64,000 nucleotides of DNA from an uncultured delta proteobacterium (GTDB lineage Bacteria; Desulfobacterota; RBG-13-43-22): NCBI GenBank assembly GCA_963711835.1, contig CAVQFQ010000019.1:1-64000 (forward strand). The letters run 5' to 3'. This document shows positions 19,011 to 30,347 of this stretch, in pieces. Under the pieces are notes generated by a model. It did not search any database. It was not told the origin of the DNA and saw nothing but the letters and a program-made list of their open reading frames with translations. The translations under genes and the position numbers were made by a program. How positions within the stretch are numbered: the stretch's first letter is position 1; each line of letters begins with the position of its first letter.

Positions 19011-20465
19011 ATGAATTTTCAGAAAAAAACGACCGTGATTCGCTATAAATCATGGCTCGCCGTGGTGTTCGCCTTTGTGATCCTCACCGGGTGCGCTACT
19101 GTGGGGCCTGATTATGTCCCACCCAAGAAATCTGTGTCCAAGGACTGGCACACCCAACTCAAGGGTGGCCTGACCACTGGAGAGATGGATCCCCAGACCT
19201 TGGCCGCGTGGTGGACGACGCTCAATGATTCAGAACTTTCCAGTCTGATCGATCGCGCGGTCTTGGGTAACCTCGATCTGAAGAAGGCTTTAGCGCGAGT
19301 TCGTGAGGCGCGCGCCCGCCGGGGTATGGCCAAGGCTGATCTCTTTCCCACTCTCGACGCCACGGGTTCTGCCACGTGGAGCCGTAGTAGCAAAGATACG
19401 GGGACAGGCAAGACCAGTGACCTTTACGCGGCGAGTTTTGATGCCGGATGGGAGCTGGATATTTTTGGCGGCGTTCGTCGCTCCCTGGAAGCAGCAGGTG
19501 CGGATTTACAGGCCAGCCAGGAGGACTTACGCGATGTGCTCGTCTCCCTACTCGCAGAAGTGGCGTTGAACTACGTCGAGGTGCGCACCTTTCAGGCTCG
19601 ACTTGCCGTGGCAGAAACGAACCTGGAGGCCCAAACCGAGACCTACCAGTTGACCCTGTGGCGGTATGAGGCGGGTTTGAGCGACGAACTGGCGGTGCAG
19701 CAGGCCCGCTACAACCTTGAAAGCACCCGTTCTCAGATACCGACCCTGCGTACCGGGCTGGAAGAGGCCATGAACCGCATTGCCGTGCTTCTGGGAGAAC
19801 AACCGGGGAAGGTTCATGCGGAACTGGAGAAACGAGAGCCCATCCCGGTCACGCCTCTGGAAGTGGCGGTGGGTGTGCCGGCTGACGTCCTGCGACGCCG
19901 GCCCGACGTACGCCGGGCCGAACGCGAACTGGCGGCGCAGACAGCGAGGATCGGTGTGGCTACGGCGGATCTCTACCCCAAGTTCACGCTGAGCGGCTCC
20001 ATCGGCCTGGAAGCCCTTTCGTTGAGCAACCTGTCCTCTGCCGGCAGCTGGACCTTAAGCGGCGGCCCTAAAGTCACCTGGGCGATTTTCAAAGCCGGAG
20101 CTATCCGCCAAAACATAGAGGTGCAGTCAGCACTTCAGGAACAGTACCTGATCGCCTATGAAGCCGCTGTGCTCAGTGCCTTGGAGGAGGTTGAAAACGC
20201 ACTCGTGGCCTATGCAAAAGAACAACAACGGAGACAGTCATTGAGCGAGGCGACAGAAGCGGCCCAAAAGGCGGTAGAGCTGGCACAGCACAAGTACCAG
20301 GCAGGTCTGACGGATTTCAGCAATGTCCTAGATGCGCAGCGTTCGCTCTTGTCCTTCCAGGACCAACTGGCCCAAAGCGACGGGACCGTAACCTCTAACC
20401 TGGTCCGTCTATACAAGGCCGTGGGTGGTGGATGGACTTCCCTGGCCCCCAATGATAACAAATAA
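19011..20465 (+). CDS. Outer membrane efflux lipoprotein (NodT/OprM family)
   Basis: Lipobox LTGC, WELDIFG, RRPDVRRAE and LYKAVGGGW. Confidence 0.93.
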   Translation: MNFQKKTTVIRYKSWLAVVFAFVILTGCATVGPDYVPPKKSVSKDWHTQLKGGLTTGEMDPQTLAAWWTTLNDSELSSLIDRAVLGNLDLKKALARVREARARRGMAKADLFPTLDATGSATWSRSSKDTGTGKTSDLYAASFDAGWELDIFGGVRRSLEAAGADLQASQEDLRDVLVSLLAEVALNYVEVRTFQARLAVAETNLEAQTETYQLTLWRYEAGLSDELAVQQARYNLESTRSQIPTLRTGLEEAMNRIAVLLGEQPGKVHAELEKREPIPVTPLEVAVGVPADVLRRRPDVRRAERELAAQTARIGVATADLYPKFTLSGSIGLEALSLSNLSSAGSWTLSGGPKVTWAIFKAGAIRQNIEVQSALQEQYLIAYEAAVLSALEEVENALVAYAKEQQRRQSLSEATEAAQKAVELAQHKYQAGLTDFSNVLDAQRSLLSFQDQLAQSDGTVTSNLVRLYKAVGGGWTSLAPNDNK

Positions 20466-20486
20466 TTTTTAACATAGAGAGAAGAG

Positions 20487-21790
20487 ATGAAATCAAAGAT
20501 TAATCCAGAATCGGATGTTGCTCAAACCTTGGAAATTGATCAATCTTCGGGCCGCCGAAAGGGTCTGAGGCAATGGCTCATTGTGGCCTTCCTAGTGGCA
20601 GCCGCTGTGACAACTGTTGTGATCTGATAAGAGAATGGAAAATTCCAATTCGGTGCAGTACAAAACCCAGGAGGCGGTGCGCGGAAATCTGACGGTCATC
20701 GTCACGGCCACAGGCACCCTGCAGCCAACCAATAAGGTCGACGTGGGCAGCGAGTTGTCCGGTATTATCAAGACGGTCGAAGTGGACCACAACGGCAGGG
20801 TGAAGGTCGGCCAGGTCCTGGCCAGGCTGGACACCTCGAAACTCGAGGCCCAGGTAACCCAATCCAGGGCCGCCCTGGAATCAGCAAAGGGCAAGCTCTT
20901 GCAGACGCAGGCGACTCTCAAGGAGACCCGCAGCAAACTCGGACAGCTTCAAAAGGTACGGGAACTGAGCAAGAACAAGGTTCCTTCACAGTCTGAGCTC
21001 CATGCGGCAGAGGCGGCGTTCGAACGGGCAAGGGCTGATGAAGCCAGCGCCAAGGCTGCGGTCTCCCAGGCCCGGGCCACGCTCGAAGCCAAGGAGACGG
21101 ACCTGTCCAAAACGGTCATCCGTTCGCCGATCAATGGAATCGTTCTCACCCGCAGCGTGGAGCCCGGCCAGACCGTGGCCGCTTCCTTCCAGGCCCCGGT
21201 ACTCTTCACCCTGGCCGAGGACTTGACCCAGATGGAACTGAACGTGGATGTGGACGAAGCCGATGTGGGCAGAGTGCGGGAAGGCCAGAAAGCCACGTTC
21301 AGGGTCGATGCCTATCCGAATCGAACTTTCGAGGCACGGATCACCCAGGCCCGTTATGGTTCGTCAACGACCGTCAGGGGTAGTGACCTACGAAACCGTG
21401 CTGAAAGGTCAACAATTCGGATTTGTCCCTGCGACCGGGAATGACGGCCACGGCGGACATCACGGTCAAGAAGGTCGAAAACGCCGTCCTGATACCCCAA
21501 GCGGCCTGACGGTTTACACCGCCGGTGCAGGAAAGGAAAAGAAACCTTCCGGCGGGCTCTGGTCGGCTCTCTGCTTCCGCGTCCGCCCAGCCTTCGGCGT
21601 CAAAACAAGGCGAGGATGCAACCGCCAGCAAAAAGCAACAGACGCGTCTGGATCCTTAAAGGACGGGCAAGCCTCTCGCCCTTTCCATCTCCATCGGATC
21701 GACCGATGGGACCATGACCGAAGTGACGGCCGGGGAAATCAAACCGGGATGGCGCTGGTGGTTGATACCGATCAAGGCGGGGCAAATGAA
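20487..21790 (+). pseudogene. MacA-like periplasmic adaptor (membrane fusion protein), disrupted
   Basis: ATGTLQP..VGSELSG, IRSPINGIVL..GQTVAASFQAPVLF and VDEADVG. Stops near 20626 and several frameshifts after 21370. Confidence 0.8.
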
Positions 21791-21791
21791 C

Positions 21792-22528
21792 ATGAGTAGC
21801 CTCCAGGCAAATGGCATCAATCGGAGATCCCTGATCGATCTTTCAAGGGGTGTCGAAAGTCTATGGCAGGGCCAGGCGGCCATGGAGGCCTTGCGCGGCA
21901 TTGATCTTTCGCATCGGGAAGGGGAATTCGTGGCGATCATGGGGCCGAGCGGTTCGGGCAAGTCCACTTGCATGAACATTCTGGGATGTCTGGATACGCC
22001 GACGGCCGGGAACCTATCGATTCAAGGGCATCGAAGTCGGCAGGCTGATCCGCAACCAGCGGGCGCTGCTGCGTCGCCATTTTACCTTGGATTTGTCTTC
22101 CAGGGCTATAACCTGCTGAGCCGCACCTCGGCCCTGGAAAACGTGGAACTGCCCCTGATCTATCGCGGGAGTCCCCGCCGGCGAACGGCGAGCACGGGCC
22201 GTTCAGGCGCTGGAGATTGTGGGTCTTGAACGGATGGGAATCCCATACACCCGGCGAACTCTCGGGCGGTCAGCAGCAGCGGGTGGCCATCGCCCGGGCC
22301 ATCGTCACCAAGCCGGCTGTATTACTGGCCGACGAACCCACGGGCAATCTGGATACGGCCCGAAGCCGGGAAATCATGGAAGTGCTAGCTGGCCTTGAAC
22401 CACAACCAGGGGATTACCATCGTCATGGTCACCCACGAATCGGATATGGCGGCTTATGCCGGCGCGTACCATCCGTTTTCTGGACGGCCGGGTCGAGTCG
22501 GATCGAGCGAAACGGGAGGGCGTCCTGA
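21792..22528 (+). pseudogene. MacB/LolD-like ABC ATPase, frameshifted
   Basis: GPSGSGKST Walker [15 protein letters not shown] and [11 protein letters not shown], split across frames. Confidence 0.85.
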
Positions 22529-23385
22529 TGCTTTGGAACACCATTCTTTTGTCCCTGCGTGAAATCAAACGTAATGTCCTGCGCTCGGTTTTGACCATCC
22601 TGGGTATTGTCATCGGGGTGGCGGCGGTCATTGTCATGGTCACCATCGGCGGCGGGGCCACGGTCCAGGTGACCGAGCAGATTGCCAGCCTGGGCAGCAA
22701 TCATGTTGATGGTCAGCCCGGGAAAACGGATGGGGCCGGGCCAGTCTTCACGGCCAGCGCCCCTGTTCAAGCTGAAGACGGCGAGGCCATCGGCAGGAAT
22801 GATCGGCTCGGCGGCGGCTGTGGCCCCCGTCGTCTTCCCAAGCATCCATGACCGCCATATTCGGCAATGAAAACTGGTCGACCACCGGTCACCGGAACGG
22901 ACAATCAATTCTTCAAGATGGGGAACCGAGTCATCAAAACCGGACGGCCTTTTCAGCGAAAGCGAGCTGCGCGCCGGGGCGGCTGCCTGCATCATAGGAG
23001 AGACGGTGCGTAAGAAACTGTTCGGCGGGCAGGAGCCCCTGGGGGGGAAGATCCGTCTCCAAAAACTTTCCTGTGAGGTGATCGGTCTGCTGGAAGCCAA
23101 GGGGCAGAGCTCTATGGGCATGGATCAGGACGATCTGGTGGTGATTCCCCTCAGGACACTTATCAAAGGCGTATTTCCGGAAATCAGGACATCGCTCTCA
23201 TCGGGGTTTCGGTCCGGGAAGGGGTGTCGACGGACAAGGTCCAGAGAGGATATCGAACGGTTGATGCGGGAACGGCGTCATATCGCGGCCAACAAGGACG
23301 ATGATTTCAACGGTCATGGACATGAAAGAGATCGCCAATATGCTGACCGGAACCACGCGGGTGCTCACGGCCCTGCTGGGGCGGG
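22528..23385 (+). pseudogene. MacB-like ABC permease, frameshifted and 3'-truncated
   Basis: RNVLRSVLTILGIVIGVAAVI and DQDDLVVIP. Similarity ends at ..LTALLGA, before the C-terminal FtsX-like TM domain. Confidence 0.8.
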
Positions 23386-23618
23386 GCTCTCCCTCTCTGA
23401 TCCCGTTTGATAACTTGCAGAAATTCTGGTATAAGGAAACATTCGACCCGATTAGGGCCTAAACCGGCGATAGGGGTCCATTAAAGGATGTGGTTCGTTG
23501 AATAACCTTGGAAAAAACTTTTCTATGCCTGACCTTTCTCTATCCGATAGTCAGTCCAGGATCCCGATAAAAAAATGGGCTGTACGGGTGTGACGCTGCC
23601 ATCTGAGAGGCCGTTTTA

Positions 23619-24224
23619 ATGGGCGGGTTCTTTATGCTCAGGCTCGGTCTGGGCTTTATGCGCCGGGTAAGCGGAGGGCAGGGGCGGCTCTTAAAAGCGG
23701 TTGGTCCCGGTCTGCTTTTTAGTCTGGTTAGGGCGGGTAACCGCCATTTCCGGAAGGCCTTTGCCGCCACCCCCTTTTCCAAGCGTTTGCTTTTTCTCCC
23801 CCTCTGTCTTCGCCCCCCGGATTGTCAGGCCTTTCTGGATCCTGGGCTCGGCTACATCTGCCGGGAATATTGTCCGGACTGTGAGCTGGGGAAATTGCGG
23901 CGGGATGCACTTGACCTTGGCTACGGCGGGGTCTATGTGGTACCAAGTTCCCGGATGATCCTTCAGGAAGGGGTCATCCCCAGCGATCAATTCATGTTGG
24001 AGAAGGTGAAACAGCATGACCCGACCGCGGTCCTGGGGGTGACCTGTCTCTGGTATGTCCGCCACCGCCTGCTGGAAAAATATACCCTTGGACGCAACGG
24101 GTATACTTCAGGCTCGGGACATCCCCATTCGGTAGTGCAGGGTGTGCTGCTGGAAAACAGGAACTGCCGGAAGGCCGCGGTGGACTGGGGTTTGGTCCGG
24201 GAACGCCTGTACCTCCGGTCGTAA
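23619..24224 (+). CDS. DUF116-like Cys-rich protein
   Basis: RLLFLPLCLR..C....C..C and AVLGVTC..QGVLL...C pattern; start uncertain. Confidence 0.6.
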   Translation: MGGFFMLRLGLGFMRRVSGGQGRLLKAVGPGLLFSLVRAGNRHFRKAFAATPFSKRLLFLPLCLRPPDCQAFLDPGLGYICREYCPDCELGKLRRDALDLGYGGVYVVPSSRMILQEGVIPSDQFMLEKVKQHDPTAVLGVTCLWYVRHRLLEKYTLGRNGYTSGSGHPHSVVQGVLLENRNCRKAAVDWGLVRERLYLRS

Positions 24225-24319
24225 CAAGGCACCCTGGACGCCTCGGATCTGCAAGCAACGAAACTTTTCAACCATCGAGGTTACCCTTATTAAGGGTCTT
24301 ACAATAATATTTACCAACA

Positions 24320-24534
24320 GGGACCGGGGGGTCTTCTTTTCTGGGGTTGTCCAAAGGGTAACTCATCGCCCTATCCCGGCCCGGACGGCTAAGTAGGTTA
24401 GGTGCAGGGCATTCACTCAAGTCCGTTTCGGGCATTAGCGTAGGCCTGTCTCTGAATTAGATTCAAATTTTGGCCCGGTAAAGAAGCTTTGGGCTTGAAG
24501 GTGGACAACCCAGAAAAGAAGACCCCCCGGTCCC
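24320..24534. repeat. Element B copy 1: 215-bp repeat with ~33-bp inverted ends
   Basis: GGGACCGGGGGGTCTTCTTTTCTGGG(G)TTGTCCA ... TGGACAACCCAGAAAAGAAGACCCCCCGGTCCC; interior homologous to the reverse complement of 44301..44517. Confidence 0.8.
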
Positions 24535-24615
24535 ATTTAATGCAAGCTCCTCAATTTCATGTTAAGACTATGATGAGACCCTTAATAAGTCAAAAAAAGG
24601 TCTTTCAGGAGCGCT

Positions 24616-25080
24616 ATGTTTTCCATAACCGAAATTATTGAACTCGCTGTTCAGATTGAAAAAAACGGGGAAAAATCGTATCGAAGGGCCCAGCAGGCGG
24701 CCTCCGATGACGCCTTGAAGGCCATGCTCGGGCTACTGGCCGAGGAGGAAGGGGACCACCAGCAGTGGTTCAGGGATCTAAAGAACCGGATTATCAGCAA
24801 AGCCGTTGATCCCGACCTGGAAGAGATGGCCAGGGGATTATTTCAAGGCATTCTGGGGGAAAAGGCTTTTGCCCTGGACGAGTTGAATCCGGCTGATCTT
24901 TCCGATCTAACGGCCCTGTTGCAGATATCGGCCGAGTTCGAAAAAGATACGGTTCTTTTTTATGAGATGCTGGAGCCGTTCATAGAAGAGGCTGAGAGCA
25001 GGGATCATCTAAAAGCTATTATTGAGGAAGAGAAAGGCCATATTAGAAGGCTTCAGGAACGCATAAAAAACCTGCCCTGA
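24616..25080 (+). CDS. Ferritin-like/rubrerythrin family protein
   Basis: AVQIEKNG..Y, LAEEEGDH, EKDTVLFY and IIEEEKGH diiron-type motifs. Confidence 0.85.
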   Translation: MFSITEIIELAVQIEKNGEKSYRRAQQAASDDALKAMLGLLAEEEGDHQQWFRDLKNRIISKAVDPDLEEMARGLFQGILGEKAFALDELNPADLSDLTALLQISAEFEKDTVLFYEMLEPFIEEAESRDHLKAIIEEEKGHIRRLQERIKNLP

Positions 25081-25365
25081 GACCGAAATCCTCCCGCGGG
25101 AAAGATCGAGGGGGGTACCCTAAAGAAAAATAGAGAAAATTATTCTCATAATAAGAAATCCTTTTCCTTTTTGTGGGAAATCGGAAGGCTGAAAAAAACT
25201 TTTTTTTTCTTCAAGGAAACCGAAAGACGCCTTCCTGATAAAATGATCTGAAAATCTTAAGAGTTACAAAGGTTAGGGTCAAGCCCGGCCGTCTATGAGG
25301 TTAGGGTATAATATTTGCAATTGTTTTATTGAATTAGGTTAAGATCTTCAAAAAAAATCCTTTTC

Positions 25366-25394
25366 TTGACAATCAGGGTTGTATTTTTTATAAA
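25366..25394 (+). promoter_or_regulatory. Sigma70 promoter
   Basis: TTGACA-N17-TATAAA upstream of the small ORF. Confidence 0.55.
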
Positions 25395-25490
25395 GTGGAG
25401 AAAGAGGTTTTAAGAAGAGGTATGAGATGAGAGAGTTAACGCTTCATTCTTACCAACTTACCAAGACGGGGTAGCTAAAGGACATGGCCG

Positions 25491-25739
25491 ATGATGTACT
25501 TGAATGGGAAACTCTATAAAAACTTAGGCCCCTACCAATTGTTGAAAGACAGCGTTTTTTGGGAGGATTGTATTGTGTACGGCGACTATGTCCTCGAGAA
25601 AGTGGCCGAAGGAGAGCGAAGAAAGGCCGATCGCAGAAAAGTGGGAGGGCAGTGGCAAGGGGGCGATCGTCGGAAATGGGACCGGAGGATCGAATATCAG
25701 GCTGCCCAACTAAGGCCGGTAGCCGCTGCCTTACTATAA
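25491..25739 (+). CDS. Small hypothetical protein with repeated (D/E)RR motifs
   Basis: ERRKADRR..GDRRKWDRR; good promoter upstream. The true start may be the ATG at 25427 with a frameshift. Confidence 0.5.
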   Translation: MMYLNGKLYKNLGPYQLLKDSVFWEDCIVYGDYVLEKVAEGERRKADRRKVGGQWQGGDRRKWDRRIEYQAAQLRPVAAALL

Positions 25740-26005
25740 TAAAAGGCCTCTTAGTCCAGAGAACCAGAAACGATGTGTCGCCTCATCATTATCCTCTTGC
25801 CGCTTGTTTTTTCCTAACCCGTTACTCTAAAGCCTGATCACCTGATCCCGGTTTGCCTCAAGGAAGCCCCATTATAAAAAACTACCCCTCCATTGATCAG
25901 ATTTCCCGACAGGGTAAGCAGAGGGTTCCGGAGGCGGGGAATCCATCGTCTTCCCCATGCGGTCCAAATCCGACTACCCTAGCCCGATCCGCGCCTGCCC
26001 GAATC

Positions 26006-29000
26006 TTAGATCAATTTTTCTATCCTCACGGCGCAGACTTTCAACTCCGGGATCTTGGCTACCGGATCCAGGGCGGTCTGGGTCAGGGCATTGGCCGCGG
26101 CCTCGGCATAGTGGAAGGGAATGAAGATTGTTCCCCGGGGCGAGCGGTCAGTTATTTTTATCCTGGCTTCTAAAGCCCCCCGCCTGGACAGGACCCGCAC
26201 CTGTTCCCAGTCCAAAAGTTTCAAGAAAAAGGCATCTCCGGGGGAGATTTCGATCAGACATTCCGGGGCCATTTTTTCCAATTCGGGACTCTTCCGGGTC
26301 ATGGTCCCGGTGTGGTATTGATAGAGCAGACGCCCGGTGGTCAGCGTCAAAGGGAACTCGGCATCCGTCGGTTCCTGGGGACCTTGGTAGGCAACAGGAT
26401 GGAACTTTCCTAACCCCCGGCTAAAGCGATCCTTATGGAGGTAAGTAGTCCCCGGATGATCCAGGGTCGGGCAGGGCCATTGTAGGCCGATCCGGTTGAG
26501 GCGGGCATAGGTCATGCCGGCGTAGGAGGGTGTTACGGTGCGGATCTCTTCAAAAATTTCTTCGGCATTTTTATAAGCCATAGGTAGGCCCATCCGGGCG
26601 GCCAAGTCGCTGATGATCTCCCAATCCGGGCGGGCCTTTCCAAGAGGAGCGATGGCCTGACGGACCCGCTGGACCCTCCGTTCGGTGTTGGTAAAGGTCC
26701 CATCCTTCTCGGCAAAAGAAACGCCGGGTAAAACGACCTGGGCCAAGCGGGCCGTTTCGGTCAAAAAGATATCCTGAACTACCAGAAAATCCAAGGCCTT
26801 CAATGCCTGGAGGACATGGTGGGCATCGGGATCCGAGAGGACCGGATTCTCTCCAAAAACATATAATCCCCGAACCTCTTTTTTTAAGGCCCCATCAAAC
26901 ATTTCCATCAAGGTCAGGCCGGGCTGATCGGGAAGATCCCGGACCCCCCAGGCCCTTTCCATTTTTTCCCTGGCCTCCGGATCGCTCACCTTTTGATAGC
27001 CCGAAAAAACATCAGGCAGGCCGCCCATATCGCAGGCCCCCTGGACGTTGTTCTGCCCCCTCAGGGGATTTACTCCGGCCGCCGGGAAGCCTACGTTGCC
27101 GCAGAGCATGGCCAGATTGGCCAGGGCCTTGACGTTATCGGTCCCGTGGCTGTGCTGGGTAATACCCATGGTGTAGTAAATACCGGCCCGGTCTCCGGCG
27201 TACAGGCGGGCAGCTTGGTTCAGATCCTTTTCCGGGATGCCGCAAATTTTGGAAACGAAATCCGGGGTGAACTGGGCCAGGGATTGCTTCCATTCCTCGA
27301 ACCCTTCAGTCCTGGACCGGACATATTCCTGGTCATAAAGGTCCTCATCCAGGATGATTTTCATAAGTCCGTTGGTCCAGGCAATATCTGTTCCCGGACG
27401 GGGGTGGAGCCAGAGGGTGGCCAGATCAACCAGTTCGATTTTTCTGGGATCCACCACAATCAGCTTGGCCCCGTGTTGCTGAACGGCTCGCTTGACGGCC
27501 GCCCCGATGATGGGATGGTTTTCAGTGGTATTGGAGCCGGTAATCAGGAGGACCTTGGCCTGTTCGATCTCGGCTATGGAATTGGTCATGGCCCCACTTC
27601 CGAAAGCGGCAGCCAGACCGGCTACCGTGGTGGAGTGTCAGAGGCGGGCGCAATGGTCTATGTTGTTGGTTTTAAAAACCGCCCGGACCAATTTCTGCAT
27701 CAGATAGTTTTCTTCATTGGTGGCCCGGGCCGAGGTCAAGGTCGCCAGGGTATTGGGGCCATAGGTTTCCTGCAGCTTTTGGAAGCGGCCGGCCACCAGA
27801 TTCAAGGCCTCTTCCCAGGAGGCCTCGCGGAAACCATTCCCCTCCCGGATCAGAGGGGTGGTCAGGCGATCCGGGTGTTGGATGAAATCGAATCCAAATC
27901 GGCCTTTGACACAGAGATGTCCGAAATTAGGGGGCACCCGTTCCACCCCATTGACCCGGACAATTTTCTGGCCGGCTTTTTCCAGATAGAGCTGGCAACC
28001 TACCCCACAATAGGTGCAGGTGGTCTTGGTCCGTTCCAGTTGCCAGGGGCCCGGCAGACCCGGCGTCTTTTCAGTTAAGGCCCCGGTGGGACAGTTGGCC
28101 AGACAAAGTCCGCAAGAGACGCAGCGTTCGTTGATGGTCGCCGAATAGGCCGGAGGCCCGCCTTCGCTTAGGGCCGGCACTTCCGGAAGTTCAAAGGCCT
28201 TTTGGATTTGGTAATCCGAACAGCCACGGAGGCACCTGCGGCAGGTGATGCACTTGTTCGGGTCGATATGAATGAAGGGATGGTACTCCTTAAGAGGGTG
28301 CATCCGCTTCGACCAGACCGGCAGCTTATCGATCTCCACTCCGTATTGGACCGAATAAGCCCTTAAACGGCAGTCAAAGAGATCCTGGCAGCCGCAGGAG
28401 AGGCAGCGGGAGGCCTCCTGCATGGCTTCTTCGGCTTTTATGGTGCATTCCACTTCCTCAAAGCTGTTGCGCCTTTTCTCGATCGGGATATGGGGTTGAA
28501 GGACCCGGGGTCTTGGGAGAATTCCTTCAAAATTGACGGGATCTACTTCAGTCCATTTCCCTTTGCTGATATTGAAAGGTTTTTTCTCCGGATGGATGAA
28601 TCCCTGGGTCAGAACCTGATGGATGGAAATAGCCGCTCTCCGACCGTCGGCGATGGCCTGGATAACGGTCTGGGGGCCCCGGAAAAGATCGCCCCCGATA
28701 AAAAGATCGGGAATGGAGGTCTGGAGGGTTTGGGGATCGGCTTTAGGGGTTCCCCATTTAGTCAGGGCCAGATTGATCAATTCCGGATCCTTTTCGAGAA
28801 AGGAAAGATCCGCATATTGGCCGATGGCCACTACGGCGGTATCGGCTTGTATAACGGTTTCCGACCCGGGGATTGGAAAGGGCCGGGGACGGCCTCCGCT
28901 TTCCGATTCACGGAGTTCATTTTGGATATATTCCATCCCGGAAAAACGGCCCTCTTGAGAAAGAATCCGGGTGGGAGAAACAAGAAAGTGCATTTTTAGG

Positions 29001-30127
29001 CCTTCCTGTTCCGCCGCCGCCACTTCTTCGGGATGGGCGGTCATTTCATTTGGGGACCGGCGATAGAGCAGGGTCACTTCTTCGGCTCCCAGCCTGAGAC
29101 AGGTCCTGGCCGCGTCCATGCCGGTATTCCCGTTACCGATGATCAGGACCCTTTTCCCAATTTCAACAGGATCCTTGGCGGCTATCCGGATAAGCAATTC
29201 CAGGGCCGGAATGATGCCGGGCAGGTCTTCACCGGGAAGCCCCAGGCGGGTGGATTTCCAGCACCCGGTGGCCAATAGGACGGCTTCAAAGCCCTGGCTG
29301 CGGAGGCTGCTGAGAGTAATATCGGAGCCGAAGACCTGATTGACCCGGACCTCGACTCCCAGGTCCAGGATCTGCTGGATTTCTTTGTCCAAAATGGCGT
29401 TGGGTAAACGGTATTCGGGAATGGCATAGCGGAGCAAGCCCCCCAACTGGGGTTTGGCCTCAAAAATATGGGCGGTATGCCCTTTGAGACGCAGGTAATG
29501 GGCGGCTGAAAGGCCTCCGGGTCCTCCGCCGATCACGGCGACTTTATGTCCGCTGTCTTTGGCTAACGGAGGTTTGAAAGGAATGTCCTCCAACAGAGCG
29601 TAATCGGCCATGAAGCGTTTTAAGGGATTGATGGCCAGGGGCTGATCTACCCGATGGCGGCGGCAGACCTCTTCGCAGGGATGAGGACAAACCCGGCCGA
29701 TAACCATGGGAAGAGGATTCCTCTCCTTGATGACCTTTAAGGCCTGGCTGAATTCCCCCCGGCTGATATGGGCCAGATAACCCTGGATATCGATCCCGGC
29801 CGGGCAGCTCAACTGGCAGGGAGCCAGACAATCTCCGTAATGTTGTTCCAAAAGGAGTTCCAAAATGGCCCGGCGGGAAGCATGGACCAGAGGGGAGTCG
29901 GTCTGGACGACCATCCCTTCCTTTATGGGAGCGGCGCAGGAGGCGATCAGCCGATCCTCCCCTTCAACCTGAACCACGCAAATGCGGCAGGATTCCTCGG
30001 GTTTTAAAAGGGGGTGATGGCAGAAGGTGGGAATAAAAATGCCGGCCTCGGTAGCCGCTTCCAGGATGGTTTTTCCGGATGGCGAAGTCACCATTCGTCC
30101 ATCAATGGACAGGGAAACGTTAGACAT
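26006..30127 (-). CDS. fdhA: Selenocysteine-containing formate dehydrogenase alpha subunit fused to 2Fe-2S, GltD-like FAD/NAD(P)H oxidoreductase and 4Fe-4S domains (1373 aa)
   Basis: ORFs 27638..30127 and 26006..27589 are in the same frame, joined through a TGA in NNIDHCARL-U-HSTTVAGL. Other motifs: CTYCGVGC, PLRGQNNVQG, VIGGGPGG, GNTGMDAAR, CITCRRC/CVSCGLC. Confidence 0.92.
27607..27640 (-). promoter_or_regulatory. Sec UGA codon and bacterial SECIS element
   Basis: TGA (27640-27638) CACTCCACCA CGGTAGCC-GGTCT-GGCTGCCG: an 8-bp stem ~10 nt after UGA with a GGUCU loop, like the fdhF-type SECIS. Confidence 0.85.
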
Positions 30128-30197
30128 GGGCGCTCCTCTTCCTCAATAGGGTTTTCGCGATCAGTAGGTATTACTTTGTGGCATGTAAATTGGATTT

Positions 30198-30226
30198 TTT
30201 ATAATATGAAAAAGCAATTGAGTCAA
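30198..30226 (-). promoter_or_regulatory. Sigma70-like promoter for the FDH gene
   Basis: Minus strand TTGACT-N17-TATAAA, ~70 nt upstream of the ATG at 30127. Confidence 0.5.
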
Positions 30227-30286
30227 TGGCTTTTCGTGCTCAAAAGCTTTTTGGGCCGAGGCAGGAATTGGAAGGGGTCCGGAATT

Positions 30287-30327
30287 AAAAAGGCCGGATG
30301 TCTTTTCGGAAACACCCGGCCTTTTTT
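30287..30327. terminator. Intrinsic terminator downstream of the GcvH-like gene
   Basis: AAAAAGGCCGGATGT..ACACCCGGCCTTTTTT hairpin with flanking A/T tracts. Confidence 0.7.
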
Positions 30328-30347
30328 AAAAAAAATAACGGCTAAGC

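Noticed and set aside
20626-20631. TGA in the macA-like gene as recoding
   Set aside because: It is followed by TAA and a frame change in an indel-rich region.
23571-23621. In-frame TGA (YGCDAAI*EAVLM) upstream of the DUF116-like ORF as a second Sec codon
   Set aside because: No clear SECIS, no in-frame start upstream, and no known motif context.
27589-27640. FDH as a split gene or pseudogene
   Set aside because: The in-frame UGA at the catalytic position plus a SECIS indicates selenocysteine.
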